Shown in pieces: positions 1-9,341 of a DNA stretch of 64,000 nucleotides. The stretch lies in the NCBI RefSeq assembly GCF_902785355.1, contig NZ_CACZYF010000002.1. The stretch is one strand, 5' to 3'. Each line of letters opens with the position of its first letter. The first letter of the stretch is position 1. The notes beneath the pieces are model-generated. The model had not been told where the DNA came from and made no database searches. It saw nothing but the letters and a program-made list of their open reading frames with translations. This DNA comes from an uncultured Ruminococcus sp. Lineage in GTDB: Bacteria; Bacillota; Clostridia; Oscillospirales; Acutalibacteraceae. Both the position numbers and the translations under genes were made by a program.

Positions 1-1
1 C

Positions 2-175
2 GACGCCTACTGCGTCGATATTCTGACCCAGAGCGCCGCGGCGAAATCAGCCTTCTCCGCCTTTAACCGCGAGCTGCTCCGCCGTCATATAGAGGGCTGC
101 GTCGTGCGCGATATCAAGAACGGCGAGGAGGATCTCGACGAGTTGATGGACATCATCGGCAAGCTGATGAAATAA
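2..175 (+). CDS. csoR: CsoR-family copper-sensing repressor, C-terminal fragment (5' end lies outside the window)
   Basis: Frame 2 reads DAYCVDILTQSAAAKSAFSAFNRELLRRHIEGCVVRDIKNG...GKLMK*. This shows the YCxDILTQ and HxxxC helices typical of CsoR/DUF156. The stop is 9 nt upstream of copA. Confidence 0.8.
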   Translation, partial: DAYCVDILTQSAAAKSAFSAFNRELLRRHIEGCVVRDIKNGEEDLDELMDIIGKLMK

Positions 176-184
176 GGTGAATTT

Positions 185-2713
185 ATGGAACGATATGACG
201 TAGGCGGGATGAGCTGCGCGGCGTGCTCGGCGCGGGTGGAGAAGGCTGTCGGGAGCGTCCCGGGCGTGACCTCCTGCTCGGTCAGTCTGCTGACAAACTC
301 GATGACCGTCGAGGGCAGCGCCGGCGCCGATAAGATCATCAGCGCCGTAGAAAAAGCGGGCTATACCGCGAGACCGCAGACTTCCCACGCAAACGAGAAA
401 CCGAAGATCAAAATAGAAAAGCCGAACGAGGTGAAACCGCTGGTACAGCGGTTCGTGATCTCGCTGATACTGTTACTGGTATTGATGTACTTCTCGATGG
501 GTCACGTGATGTGGGGCTTCCCGCTTCCCGCGTTCTTTGAACACAACCACATCGCGATCGCGCTGGTACAGCTGATCCTCAGCGCGACGATCATGGTCAT
601 CAACAAGCGCTTTTTTGTCAGCGGGATCAAGGGGATCATCCACCGTGCGCCGAATATGGACACGCTCGTCTCGCTCGGCTCGGCGGCGAGCTTCATCTGG
701 AGCGTGTACGAGCTGTTCGCGATGACCGTTGCCGATCAGGCGGAACAGATGCGCCTGCTTCACGGACTGTATTTCGAGTCAGCCGCGATGATCCTCGTGC
801 TGATCACGTTGGGCAAGATACTGGAAGCCCACAGCAAGGGCAAGACCACCGACGCACTGCGCGCGCTGATGGACCTGTCACCGAAAACCGCCGTCATCGA
901 ACGCGGCGGTGCTGAAAAGGAAGTGCCGATCGAAGAGGTACAGATCGGCGATATCTTCATCCTGCGACCGGGCATGAGCGTACCGGTGGACGGCGTCGTG
1001 ATCGAGGGTGAGAGCACACTCGACGAAAGTATGCTGACCGGCGAGAGCATCCCCGTCGACAAAGCGATCGACAGCGCGGTCTACTCCGCAACGCTGAACC
1101 AAAGCGGCTTTCTGAAATGCCGCGCAACCCGGGTCGGGGAGGATACGACCCTCAGTCAGATCATCCGCACCGTGTATGAAGCGAGCGCGACCAAGGCGCC
1201 GATCGCGCGGATCGCCGACAAGGTATCGGGGATCTTCGTCCCGACGGTCATCGGCATCGCAGTCGTGACCTTCATTATCTGGCTGTTGACGGGAGCGGCG
1301 TTCGCAGAAGCGCTGGAGCGCGGGATCTCGGTACTGGTCATCAGCTGTCCGTGCGCGCTGGGGCTTGCGACCCCGGTGTCGATCATGGTCGGCAACGGCG
1401 TAGGCGCTAAGGCGGGCATCCTCTTCAAGAACGCCGAAGCGCTGGAGACTGCCGGTAAAACGGAAATCATCGCACTGGATAAGACCGGCACCGTAACAAA
1501 GGGTACGCCGTCCGTCACGGATATCCTGCCGGCTGACGGAGTGAGCCCTGACGAATTGCTGATGACCGCCTTCAGCTTAGAGCGTATGAGCGCCCACCCG
1601 CTGGCGGAGGCGATCACAGCCTGCGCGGAGGAACAGCACCTCTCCCCTGCTGCTTGTGACAATTTCCAAAATCTATCGGGTCACGGGCTGACGGGTACGA
1701 TCGGCGGCGAAACGGTCTACGGAGGCTCGGCGAAATTCATCCGCACAAAGACCGCTTTGAGTCCGGATATTGAAAAAAAGATCAACGCGCTTGCCGATGA
1801 GGGGAAAACGCCGATGCTGTTCATCAAGGGTGAAAAGCTGCTGGGTATCATCGCGGCGGCGGACACCGTCAAGGACGACAGCAGGCAGGCGATCACGGAG
1901 CTCGGCGAGCTAGGCGTAAGGGTCGTGATGATCACCGGCGACAATGCCCACACCGCCAAGGCGATCGGAGACAGTGTAGGCGTCGACCGCGTATATGCGG
2001 ATGTTCTGCCCGCGGGCAAGAGCGACATCGTCACCGAGCTCAAGCACTACGGCAAGACCGCGATGGTGGGCGACGGCATCAACGACGCGCCTGCGCTGAC
2101 CGCGGCCGATACCGGCGTAGCGATCGGATCGGGCTCGGATATCGCGATCGACTCAGCCGACGTGGTGCTGGTCGGCTCGCGCCTCAGTGAAGCGGCGGCG
2201 GCGATCCGCCTCTCGCGCCAAACGCTTAGGAATATCCGCCAGAATCTGTTCTGGGCGTTCATCTACAACATCATCGGCATCCCGCTGGCGGCGGGACTGT
2301 GGATCCCGATCTTCGGAATCTCGCTGAGCCCGATGTTCGGCGCGGCGGCGATGAGCCTGAGCTCCTTCTGCGTCGTCAGCAACGCCCTGCGGCTGAATCT
2401 CTTTGACCCGCACAAGCATAAGAAAAGCAAGAAAACGGCTGTGGAACTGCCCGCAGCCGCCGAAAATACAAATATCACCGAAAAAGGAGAACCGAAAATG
2501 GCTGAAATGAAAGTAAATGTTGAGGGCATGATGTGCCCGATGTGCGAGAAGCACGTCAGAGAAGCGATCGAGAAGAATTTTTCCGTCGAGAGCGTAACCG
2601 CCTCGCATGAAAAGAAAAGCGTAGAGATCACCTCGCCCGAGGCGCTCGACTACGACAAGGTAGCCGCCGTCATCACCGAAGCGGGCTACAACCCCACCGG
2701 TTTGGCGGAATAA
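185..2713 (+). CDS. copA: Copper-translocating P1B-type ATPase with N-terminal and C-terminal HMA domains
   Basis: 842-aa ORF. It has an N-terminal GMSCAACSARVE motif, a CPC motif (SCPCALGLATP), DKTGT, GDGINDAP, and a second HMA (GMMCPMCEKHV) at the C-terminus. Confidence 0.95.
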   Translation: MERYDVGGMSCAACSARVEKAVGSVPGVTSCSVSLLTNSMTVEGSAGADKIISAVEKAGYTARPQTSHANEKPKIKIEKPNEVKPLVQRFVISLILLLVLMYFSMGHVMWGFPLPAFFEHNHIAIALVQLILSATIMVINKRFFVSGIKGIIHRAPNMDTLVSLGSAASFIWSVYELFAMTVADQAEQMRLLHGLYFESAAMILVLITLGKILEAHSKGKTTDALRALMDLSPKTAVIERGGAEKEVPIEEVQIGDIFILRPGMSVPVDGVVIEGESTLDESMLTGESIPVDKAIDSAVYSATLNQSGFLKCRATRVGEDTTLSQIIRTVYEASATKAPIARIADKVSGIFVPTVIGIAVVTFIIWLLTGAAFAEALERGISVLVISCPCALGLATPVSIMVGNGVGAKAGILFKNAEALETAGKTEIIALDKTGTVTKGTPSVTDILPADGVSPDELLMTAFSLERMSAHPLAEAITACAEEQHLSPAACDNFQNLSGHGLTGTIGGETVYGGSAKFIRTKTALSPDIEKKINALADEGKTPMLFIKGEKLLGIIAAADTVKDDSRQAITELGELGVRVVMITGDNAHTAKAIGDSVGVDRVYADVLPAGKSDIVTELKHYGKTAMVGDGINDAPALTAADTGVAIGSGSDIAIDSADVVLVGSRLSEAAAAIRLSRQTLRNIRQNLFWAFIYNIIGIPLAAGLWIPIFGISLSPMFGAAAMSLSSFCVVSNALRLNLFDPHKHKKSKKTAVELPAAAENTNITEKGEPKMAEMKVNVEGMMCPMCEKHVREAIEKNFSVESVTASHEKKSVEITSPEALDYDKVAAVITEAGYNPTGLAE

Positions 2714-2730
2714 AACTCATACAGACACAG

Positions 2731-2758
2731 GAAAGCCCATCCGAACGGATGGGCTTTC
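2731..2758. terminator. Hairpin between convergent copA and ftsZ, a likely bidirectional terminator
   Basis: GAAAGCCCATCCG-aac-GGATGGGCTTTC, a near-perfect stem lying between the two stop codons. Confidence 0.6.
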
Positions 2759-2773
2759 AATCTGCTTATTGAT

Positions 2774-3892
2774 TTATTTTGAATTGAAGATAGACATGAT
2801 GTCGTAGAAGGAATCGTCGTCATCGGTGGATTCAACCTCTACCGCAGGAGCTGCGGGAGTCTCAAGCGGATCGGGGGTCAGCGAGGGAGCTGACTTGGGA
2901 GAAGAGGTCGGGAACGCGCCGGAATTGTCGTTAGCGCCGCCGCAGCCGGTAGCGATAACGGTCACGCTGATCTCATCCTTCATATCCTCGTCGATCACAG
3001 CACCCCAGATAATGTTCGCGTTCTCGGCAGCCTTCTGCTGAACCATGGTGGACGCGGTGTCGATATCCTCGAGGGTGATGTCGGGAGAAGCGGTGATATT
3101 GATGATAACGCCGGTAGCGCCGTCGATGGAGGTCTCAAGCAGAGCGGAAGAGATCGCCATATCGGCAGCGACAGCCGCCTTATCCTTGCCGGTCGCCTTA
3201 CCGATACCCATATGCGCAAAGCCCGCGTCGCGCATGATCGCGGATACATCGGCAAAGTCAAGGTTGACAAGACCGGGAACAACGATCAGGTCGGAGATGC
3301 TCTGGACGCCCTGACGGAGTACGTCGTCGGCGATCAGGAAAGCGTTCTGGAGGGTGATGGTCTGGTCGGAAACGTGCTTTAATCTCTCGTTGGGAACGAT
3401 GATCAGGGAGTCAACGCACGCGGACAGCTCCGCAATACCCTGTTCAGCCTGAGCCATACGCTTCTTACCCTCAAAGGCAAAGGGCTTAGTAACGACCGCT
3501 ACGGTCAGAATACCCATATCCTTCGCGATATTTGCAACGATGGGAGCCGCGCCGGTACCGGTACCGCCGCCCATACCTGCGGTAATGAATACCATATCCG
3601 TATCCTTCAGGATCGCCGCGATCTCCTCGCGGTTCTCTTCAGCGGCAGCCTGTCCGACAGAAGGCATGGAGCCGGCGCCCTTGCCGCGGGTCGCCTTCTC
3701 GCCGATCTGAATCTTCTCCTGAGCCTGTGAATAACGCAGAACATGCTCATCCGTATTGATGGCGATGAACTCTACGTTCTTAACGTCCATTTTAATCATG
3801 CGGTTCACAGCGTTACCGCCGCCACCGCCTACGCCGATAACCTTAATAACCGGTAAGCCGCTTGCAGGGTTCTTTTCCAATTCAAAAGCCAT
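2774..3892 (-). CDS. ftsZ: Cell division GTPase FtsZ
   Basis: Contains [13 protein letters not shown] and the tubulin signature [11 protein letters not shown] moved the start to MAFELEKNP, which follows AGGAGG plus a 7-nt spacer. The longer ORF start has no RBS. Confidence 0.95.
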   Translation of the reverse strand: MAFELEKNPASGLPVIKVIGVGGGGGNAVNRMIKMDVKNVEFIAINTDEHVLRYSQAQEKIQIGEKATRGKGAGSMPSVGQAAAEENREEIAAILKDTDMVFITAGMGGGTGTGAAPIVANIAKDMGILTVAVVTKPFAFEGKKRMAQAEQGIAELSACVDSLIIVPNERLKHVSDQTITLQNAFLIADDVLRQGVQSISDLIVVPGLVNLDFADVSAIMRDAGFAHMGIGKATGKDKAAVAADMAISSALLETSIDGATGVIINITASPDITLEDIDTASTMVQQKAAENANIIWGAVIDEDMKDEISVTVIATGCGGANDNSGAFPTSSPKSAPSLTPDPLETPAAPAVEVESTDDDDSFYDIMSIFNSK

Positions 3893-4094
3893 TTTATATC
3901 CTCCTTGTCGTATGAAGGCGCTGAAAGCTCCGAACATACTTATCGATTTTATAATTCTAAACTATCAATATATAATTTAACACAACAACATGATAAATTC
4001 AATCTTTTTCTTGAATTTTTTGAAAAATTATGAATATTCACATCAAAAATGTCATTATTTCTGTCGTCTAATAGTAACCATACCTAATAGATCG

Positions 4095-5396
4095 TTACTC
4101 CGCGGTATAATCGCCCTCGGTCCAGACGTAATCTCCGCTGATATCATCAACAGTATCTGCTTCGGTCGCCTCCTCGGTAGGAGCGGAGGGATCCTGTGTG
4201 GGCGCAACGGTCGGATTGATCGAGCCCTCGTTGAAGTAGGAACGCTTGGTCGTGTTACAACGGGAGACATCCAGCACACCGGTAACGGACGCGCCGTTCT
4301 TGTCGAGGTTCTCGCTGATGATGGTCATCGCGGTACGGATCTTGTAGCTCAGATCCTCGGGGAAACCGAGCTTGACCTTGATGCGGTTCTCGTAGGTGAA
4401 GGTGATGACCGCCATGTTGGTCGCGTCGATCTCAGTGATGCCCGTGTAGCCGTTATCGGCAAAGGTCTGGGTGATGCTCTCGATCATCGAGACGACCTTA
4501 TCGTCCTCGTACTTGACGTAGTCGCCGATCTCGCCGGAGGTCGGGTTGGGACCGATAAAGGTCGGCAGGTTATAATCGGCGGCGTTGTTCACCTTGTTAA
4601 GGATCCTGCCCTTGGTGCTGATGACAAGATAGTCGGTATCCGTCTGCTTGAGCAGATACCCCTCAACCGCTTCCTCGATATCGATGGTGATGGTATCGGG
4701 GATACGGAAGCCGACGCGCGCCTCCTCCACATAGGGGAACTCCTTCTTGATACGGCGCTCGGCGAGGTGCTTCGGCGCAATGAAGATGTTTTGACCGGAG
4801 TTGATGCCGGTCGCGGCGGCTATCGCGTTCCGATCATAGCGCTCGGTACCGGTCACCTCAAAGACCTGAGTCTTGAAGAGCACCGTCAGAGAGAGCACCA
4901 CGCCGACGATCAGCACCACCGTGATGATCGCCGTATAGCTGAGGATACGGATCAGCTTGCGGCGGGCGGGCGACATCGGCTTACGCTCACGCTCGGGCTT
5001 CTCAGGTCTCTGCGAACGATTTTTCCGATCCTTTGTTTTTTTCTTGATTTTGGCGCCTTTTATATTCTTCTGTTTGCGTCGGCGTTCGTCGCCTTTTTGA
5101 CTTTCATCTACAAAAAAGTCTTCATCACCGTGCGAGAACTCGCTGAGCATCTCGTCGCCCGGTTGTTCGCTGTATTCGGGCTCGCTGTACACCTCACGTT
5201 CAGCAAAGGTATCGAGCTCGTAATAGCGGTCGTCGCGCTCCTCATAGCGGCTGCGCGGGTGCTGACGCCGTGCAGCTCTGCCGACAGGCGCCTTTGAGGC
5301 GTTGCGGGAAACAGGCTTTCTGCTGTTTCTGCCGCGCTGTGCAGCGGGCGCTTTGCGGGGCGCAGGCGATGATTTTTTTGTCGGTTTTTTTGCCAT
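4095..5396 (-). CDS. ftsQ: Cell division protein FtsQ/DivIB-like (basic N-terminal tail, one TM, POTRA domain)
   Basis: 433 aa. It has a Lys/Arg-rich N-terminus, a TM helix (ILSYTAIITVVLIVGVVLSLTVL), then FEVTGTERY...IPDTITIDIEE, a POTRA-like segment. It sits between murA and ftsZ. Confidence 0.75.
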   Translation of the reverse strand: MAKKPTKKSSPAPRKAPAAQRGRNSRKPVSRNASKAPVGRAARRQHPRSRYEERDDRYYELDTFAEREVYSEPEYSEQPGDEMLSEFSHGDEDFFVDESQKGDERRRKQKNIKGAKIKKKTKDRKNRSQRPEKPERERKPMSPARRKLIRILSYTAIITVVLIVGVVLSLTVLFKTQVFEVTGTERYDRNAIAAATGINSGQNIFIAPKHLAERRIKKEFPYVEEARVGFRIPDTITIDIEEAVEGYLLKQTDTDYLVISTKGRILNKVNNAADYNLPTFIGPNPTSGEIGDYVKYEDDKVVSMIESITQTFADNGYTGITEIDATNMAVITFTYENRIKVKLGFPEDLSYKIRTAMTIISENLDKNGASVTGVLDVSRCNTTKRSYFNEGSINPTVAPTQDPSAPTEEATEADTVDDISGDYVWTEGDYTAE

Positions 5397-5438
5397 CTTC
5401 TTCTCCTCCTTTCCCGCGGGAAAGGAACTTCCTGTTAT

Positions 5439-6716
5439 TTATATTTTCTTCACGTCGGCGCCGAGGGAGCTGAGTACCAGCTCAAAGTCCTCGTAGCCGC
5501 GTTCAAGATATTCGATTCCGCCAATCTCGCTCTCGCCTCTCGCGCATAACGCGGCGACAACCAGCGCGGCGGCTCCGCGCAGATCGTGGGCTCTTACCGG
5601 AGCCGATAGGAGACGGCGCACGCCGTCAACGACAGCGACCTTGCCTTCGACGCGGATATCCGCGCCCAGTCGGCACAGCTCGCTGACATGGCTGTAGCGG
5701 CTGAGGAAAAGGTTCTCGACAAAGACCGTCATACCGTCGGCAACAGCCGCCATGCTCATCACCGGCGCCTGAGCGTCGGTCGGGAAACCGGGATACGGCA
5801 TAGTGCGAATCAGCTTGGGACTATGTAAGCGGTAGGGCGCGCTGATGCGCAGCCCGTCGGGGTTTATATCAATCTCACAGCCGCTGTCACGGAATACGGG
5901 CAGAACGGACTGCAAATGGGCGGGGATCACATGCTTTAAACGAATAGATGCACCGGTCACGGCAGCAGCGGACATCAAGGTTGCCGCGACGATACGGTCG
6001 GGAATGATCGTATGACAGGCGGGAGTCAGTTTTTCTACGCCCTCGATAATGATGGTGCTCTCACCCGCGCCGCTGATCTTCGCGCCGCAGGCGTTGAGGA
6101 AATCCGCGAGATCGACGATCTCGGGCTCCCGCGCGGCGTTCGCGACCACGGTGGTACCGTCGGCAACAGCGGCGGCGATCATCGTATTCTCCGTCGCGCC
6201 GACCGAAGGGATCGGCAAGGCGATCTTAGCAGCGTTGAGTCGATCCTCGACCACGCAGTCGAGCATACCGTGCTCCTCGCTGATGGAGATACCCATCTCG
6301 CGCAGGGCGCTCAGGTGCAGATCAATCGGACGCGGACCGAGCTCGCAGCCTCCGGGGAAGCTCATGCGGGCTCTGCCGAAGCGAGCGACGATCGCGCCGA
6401 GGAAGATGATCGACGAGCGCATGCGGTGCATCAGCTCGGGCGGGATATCACAGCGGTCCATGCCGTCGGTATTGACGACGAGGGTCGAGCCCTCGCGGTA
6501 CGCCGTACAGCCGAGATAGCGCAGAATCGCAAGCGACGCCTCCACGTCGCTCAGGCGCGGACAGTTATACAACACACACTCTCCCCCGCACAGCAGGGTC
6601 GCCGCCAAGATCGGTAAAGCGCTGTTCTTAGAGCCCTGTACGCTGACCTCTCCCGCTAGTTTTCTGCCTCCGTCAACCACAAATACCGACACACAAACAC
6701 CCTTTCCAAAAGTCAT
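5439..6716 (-). CDS. murA: UDP-N-acetylglucosamine 1-carboxyvinyltransferase
   Basis: Contains GGRKLAGEVSVQGSKNSALPILAATLL and the catalytic-Cys loop FPGGCELGPRPIDLH. The exact start is uncertain by a few codons. Confidence 0.9.
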   Translation of the reverse strand: MTFGKGVCVSVFVVDGGRKLAGEVSVQGSKNSALPILAATLLCGGECVLYNCPRLSDVEASLAILRYLGCTAYREGSTLVVNTDGMDRCDIPPELMHRMRSSIIFLGAIVARFGRARMSFPGGCELGPRPIDLHLSALREMGISISEEHGMLDCVVEDRLNAAKIALPIPSVGATENTMIAAAVADGTTVVANAAREPEIVDLADFLNACGAKISGAGESTIIIEGVEKLTPACHTIIPDRIVAATLMSAAAVTGASIRLKHVIPAHLQSVLPVFRDSGCEIDINPDGLRISAPYRLHSPKLIRTMPYPGFPTDAQAPVMSMAAVADGMTVFVENLFLSRYSHVSELCRLGADIRVEGKVAVVDGVRRLLSAPVRAHDLRGAAALVVAALCARGESEIGGIEYLERGYEDFELVLSSLGADVKKI

Positions 6717-6738
6717 TGCTCTTTATACTATGCTTTTC

Positions 6739-6841
6739 GGGGTGAAAGGTGCGATATAAGTTAGAAGCTAAAATACTTTACAGATATGATAGGGAAAGAA
6801 AACGCACAGCGTTCTCGCATCTTCTCACTTCTCACTCCTCG
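6739..6841. repeat. Heptad-armed hairpin element, copy h (murG-murA spacer)
   Basis: Left arm GGGGTGAAAGGTGCGA. Inner hairpin AACGC-aca-GCGTT (6801-6813). Right arm CTTCTCACTTCTCACTCCTC (6821-6840), which overlaps the last codons and the stop of murG. Confidence 0.6.
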
Positions 6842-7964
6842 ATTTTTCGGCGAGGACTTCCTTAATGGTCTTATATATACGCTCGTTGGCGTCGGTGATC
6901 GCGAGGCTCTGGGCGTTCTTACGATACTCTCCGAGAGTGGAGAGATCGGTAAGGATGCTGTCTACTGTTTCGATAAGCGTTTTTCCGTCAAGATCCTTTT
7001 CTTCGATCAGCTTCGCCGCCTTCTTCCTGACCATCGACATCGCGTTATGATACTGGTGATTCTCGGTAACATAAGGCGACGGGATCAGCACGGCGGGTCT
7101 GCCCTTCGCCTGGATCTCGGATAAGGTGATCGCACCCGCGCGGGATACGACCAGATCACATGCGGCGAGACAGTCGTTCATGTTGTCGATATACTGACGG
7201 ATATCGAGGTTATCGCATTTTTCGATATCCACGCCCTTTTCCTTCAGAAGGTCGGGCATCCATGTGCCCTGCTGACCGTAAGCGTGGATGTGGTAATACT
7301 TCTTATCCTTCGCGGAGCGGGCGATCAACTCAGCCATCGCCTCGTTGATGCACTTCGCGCCGAGTGAACCGCCGAAGGAGAGGATGATCGGCTTGCTGTC
7401 GTCGAGTCCCAGCCGCTTCTTCGCCTCGTCGTGCTTGGTCGCAAGGATAGAGGGGCGGATGGGATTACCGGTCAAAACAAACCTTGCCTTATCGGTAAAG
7501 CGCGGACGCGCGTCGTCGTTCGCGAGCATCACGCGGCTGACATTGCCGGCAAGCATCTTGTTGGTCACGCCGGGATAGGCGTTCTGCTCATGGATAACGG
7601 CGGGATAACCGAGGTTACAGGCGGCGAGGATGACCGGACCGCTGACGTAACCGCCGGTTCCGATACAGATATCGGGGTCGAACTCACGGATGATCTTCTT
7701 CGCCGTGCGGCGGGAAGAGAATGAGTAATGCACCGTCTTGATATTATGGATGATCTCCTTAGGAGCAAAGCTGCGGTGGAAGCCGCTGATGACAACCGAC
7801 TCGATCGGGAAGCCCGCCTGCTTAACGAGGCGCTGCTCCATACCGTCGCGGTTGCCAATAAAGAGGAACTCCGCGTCGGGCTCCTGCTCCTTGATATAGC
7901 CCGCGATCGCAAGCGCGGGGTTGATATGTCCGGCGGTACCTCCGCCGGCGAGTAATACTTTCAT
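6825..7964 (-). CDS. murG: UDP-GlcNAc:lipid I N-acetylglucosaminyltransferase MurG
   Basis: N-terminus MKVLLAGGGTAGHINPALAIA. 379 aa, located in the dcw cluster. Confidence 0.92.
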   Translation of the reverse strand: MKVLLAGGGTAGHINPALAIAGYIKEQEPDAEFLFIGNRDGMEQRLVKQAGFPIESVVISGFHRSFAPKEIIHNIKTVHYSFSSRRTAKKIIREFDPDICIGTGGYVSGPVILAACNLGYPAVIHEQNAYPGVTNKMLAGNVSRVMLANDDARPRFTDKARFVLTGNPIRPSILATKHDEAKKRLGLDDSKPIILSFGGSLGAKCINEAMAELIARSAKDKKYYHIHAYGQQGTWMPDLLKEKGVDIEKCDNLDIRQYIDNMNDCLAACDLVVSRAGAITLSEIQAKGRPAVLIPSPYVTENHQYHNAMSMVRKKAAKLIEEKDLDGKTLIETVDSILTDLSTLGEYRKNAQSLAITDANERIYKTIKEVLAEKSRSEK

Positions 7965-7985
7965 ATTTTTCTCCGAAAAACGGAG

Positions 7986-8089
7986 AACGGTTAACGGTTA
8001 ACGGTTAACGGTGTAGGTTACTCGCTTTGCTCGGACAGATAAATTCGTTTCCCACAACCATTATCCGTTATCTGTTATCCGTTATCCGG
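7986..8089. repeat. Heptad-armed hairpin element, copy a (ftsW-murG spacer)
   Basis: 3x AACGGTT plus AACGGTG (7986-8013). Core ACTCGCTTTGCTCGGACA. Right arm CCATTAT CCGTTAT CTGTTAT CCGTTAT CCGG (8058-8089), ending flush with the ftsW stop. Confidence 0.7.
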
Positions 8090-9313
8090 TTAAGATTTCT
8101 CTATATTCGATGTTCTGGATACCGAGAGGATAACGCCCATCTCAAACATCAGCGTCAGCAGCGACGAGCCACCGTAGCTGAAGAACGGCAGGGAGATACC
8201 TGTGTTCGGCAGCCAGTCCGTAATAACCAATATATTCAAAATAACCTGTAGTCCGATATGACTGATCAGTCCGATTCCGAGCAGCTTGCCGAAGCGATCG
8301 CGTGCGCGCAGCGAAATGATAACGCCGCGCCAGACCAAAAGTGCGAAGATCAGCAGAATCACGACCGCGCCGACCAGACCGAGCTCCTCGCACACGATGG
8401 CGAAGATGAAGTCGTTCTGCGGTTCGGGCAGGTATAGATACTTCTGCCTGCTCTGACCGAGTCCGAGACCGAACAGACCGCCCGAACCGATCGCGTAAAG
8501 GCTGTTTCGCGTCTGCCAGGTCGCGTTCCACATATCGCGGTCGAGGTCGTCGTTGAGCGCCTGACCCCAACCGTCCATACGTTCCATCGCGTAGGTCAGC
8601 GCACCGGTGACCCACAGCAGTAGGATGATAACGGCGAGGACACCCGCGCCGATCGCGAGCCACTTAATCTTGATGCCCGAAACAAACATCATGATAACGG
8701 TGAGCATCGCGCAGATAACGATACAGGAGTAGTGCGGCTCGAGGATCAGCAGCGCCGCCGTAGAGCCGAAGACCGCCGCACCGGGAAGAACGCCGTATTT
8801 CAGCGTTCCCATCTTATCATAATATCGGCTGCCCCAGTGAGCCATGAACAGGATGATCGCAAACTTACTGATCTCGGATGCCTGGATACCGAAGGCGCCG
8901 ACGCCGATCCACCGATGTACGCCTCCCGCCTGAGACGGCAGTACCAGTACCAGCATCAGCGCAAAGTAGCTGACGCCAAGGATAATTACCGCGAAACGGT
9001 GATAATAGTGGTAGTCAATAAAGGATACCGCGAACATGATCACCAGACCGATAACGGCGAAAATCAACTGTCGCTTGAGGTAATAATAACTGTCGCCGAT
9101 CTCGTAGAAGGCGACCGGATAACTCGCACTGAACATCATAGTGATGCCGATGATCAAAAGAGCGAGCATAATGATAATAAACGGAATATCGATTCCCTTG
9201 CCGATCGACAGCAGGGAGAACTTTATCTTACGTCTGCCTCCGTTGGATGAGGCATCCCTCTCGCGCTTGAACGCTTCGATCCTACGGCGAGAAATATCCT
9301 TTAATGAAGTCAT
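8090..9313 (-). CDS. ftsW: SEDS-family peptidoglycan glycosyltransferase FtsW/SpoVE
   Basis: 407-aa polytopic membrane protein with FtsW/RodA motifs (GGLFGLGLGQS, LPNTGISLPFFSYGGSS). Sits between mraY and murG. Confidence 0.9.
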   Translation of the reverse strand: MTSLKDISRRRIEAFKRERDASSNGGRRKIKFSLLSIGKGIDIPFIIIMLALLIIGITMMFSASYPVAFYEIGDSYYYLKRQLIFAVIGLVIMFAVSFIDYHYYHRFAVIILGVSYFALMLVLVLPSQAGGVHRWIGVGAFGIQASEISKFAIILFMAHWGSRYYDKMGTLKYGVLPGAAVFGSTAALLILEPHYSCIVICAMLTVIMMFVSGIKIKWLAIGAGVLAVIILLLWVTGALTYAMERMDGWGQALNDDLDRDMWNATWQTRNSLYAIGSGGLFGLGLGQSRQKYLYLPEPQNDFIFAIVCEELGLVGAVVILLIFALLVWRGVIISLRARDRFGKLLGIGLISHIGLQVILNILVITDWLPNTGISLPFFSYGGSSLLTLMFEMGVILSVSRTSNIEKS

Positions 9314-9341
9314 ATGCCTCCTCCTTTCGTAGTTTAAGGAA

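Noticed and set aside
3990-5297. 435-aa plus-strand ORF
   Set aside because: It is antisense to ftsQ. Its composition is Arg/Gly/Asp/Leu-rich low complexity, typical of shadow ORFs in GC-rich coding DNA. It has no RBS and no recognisable motifs.
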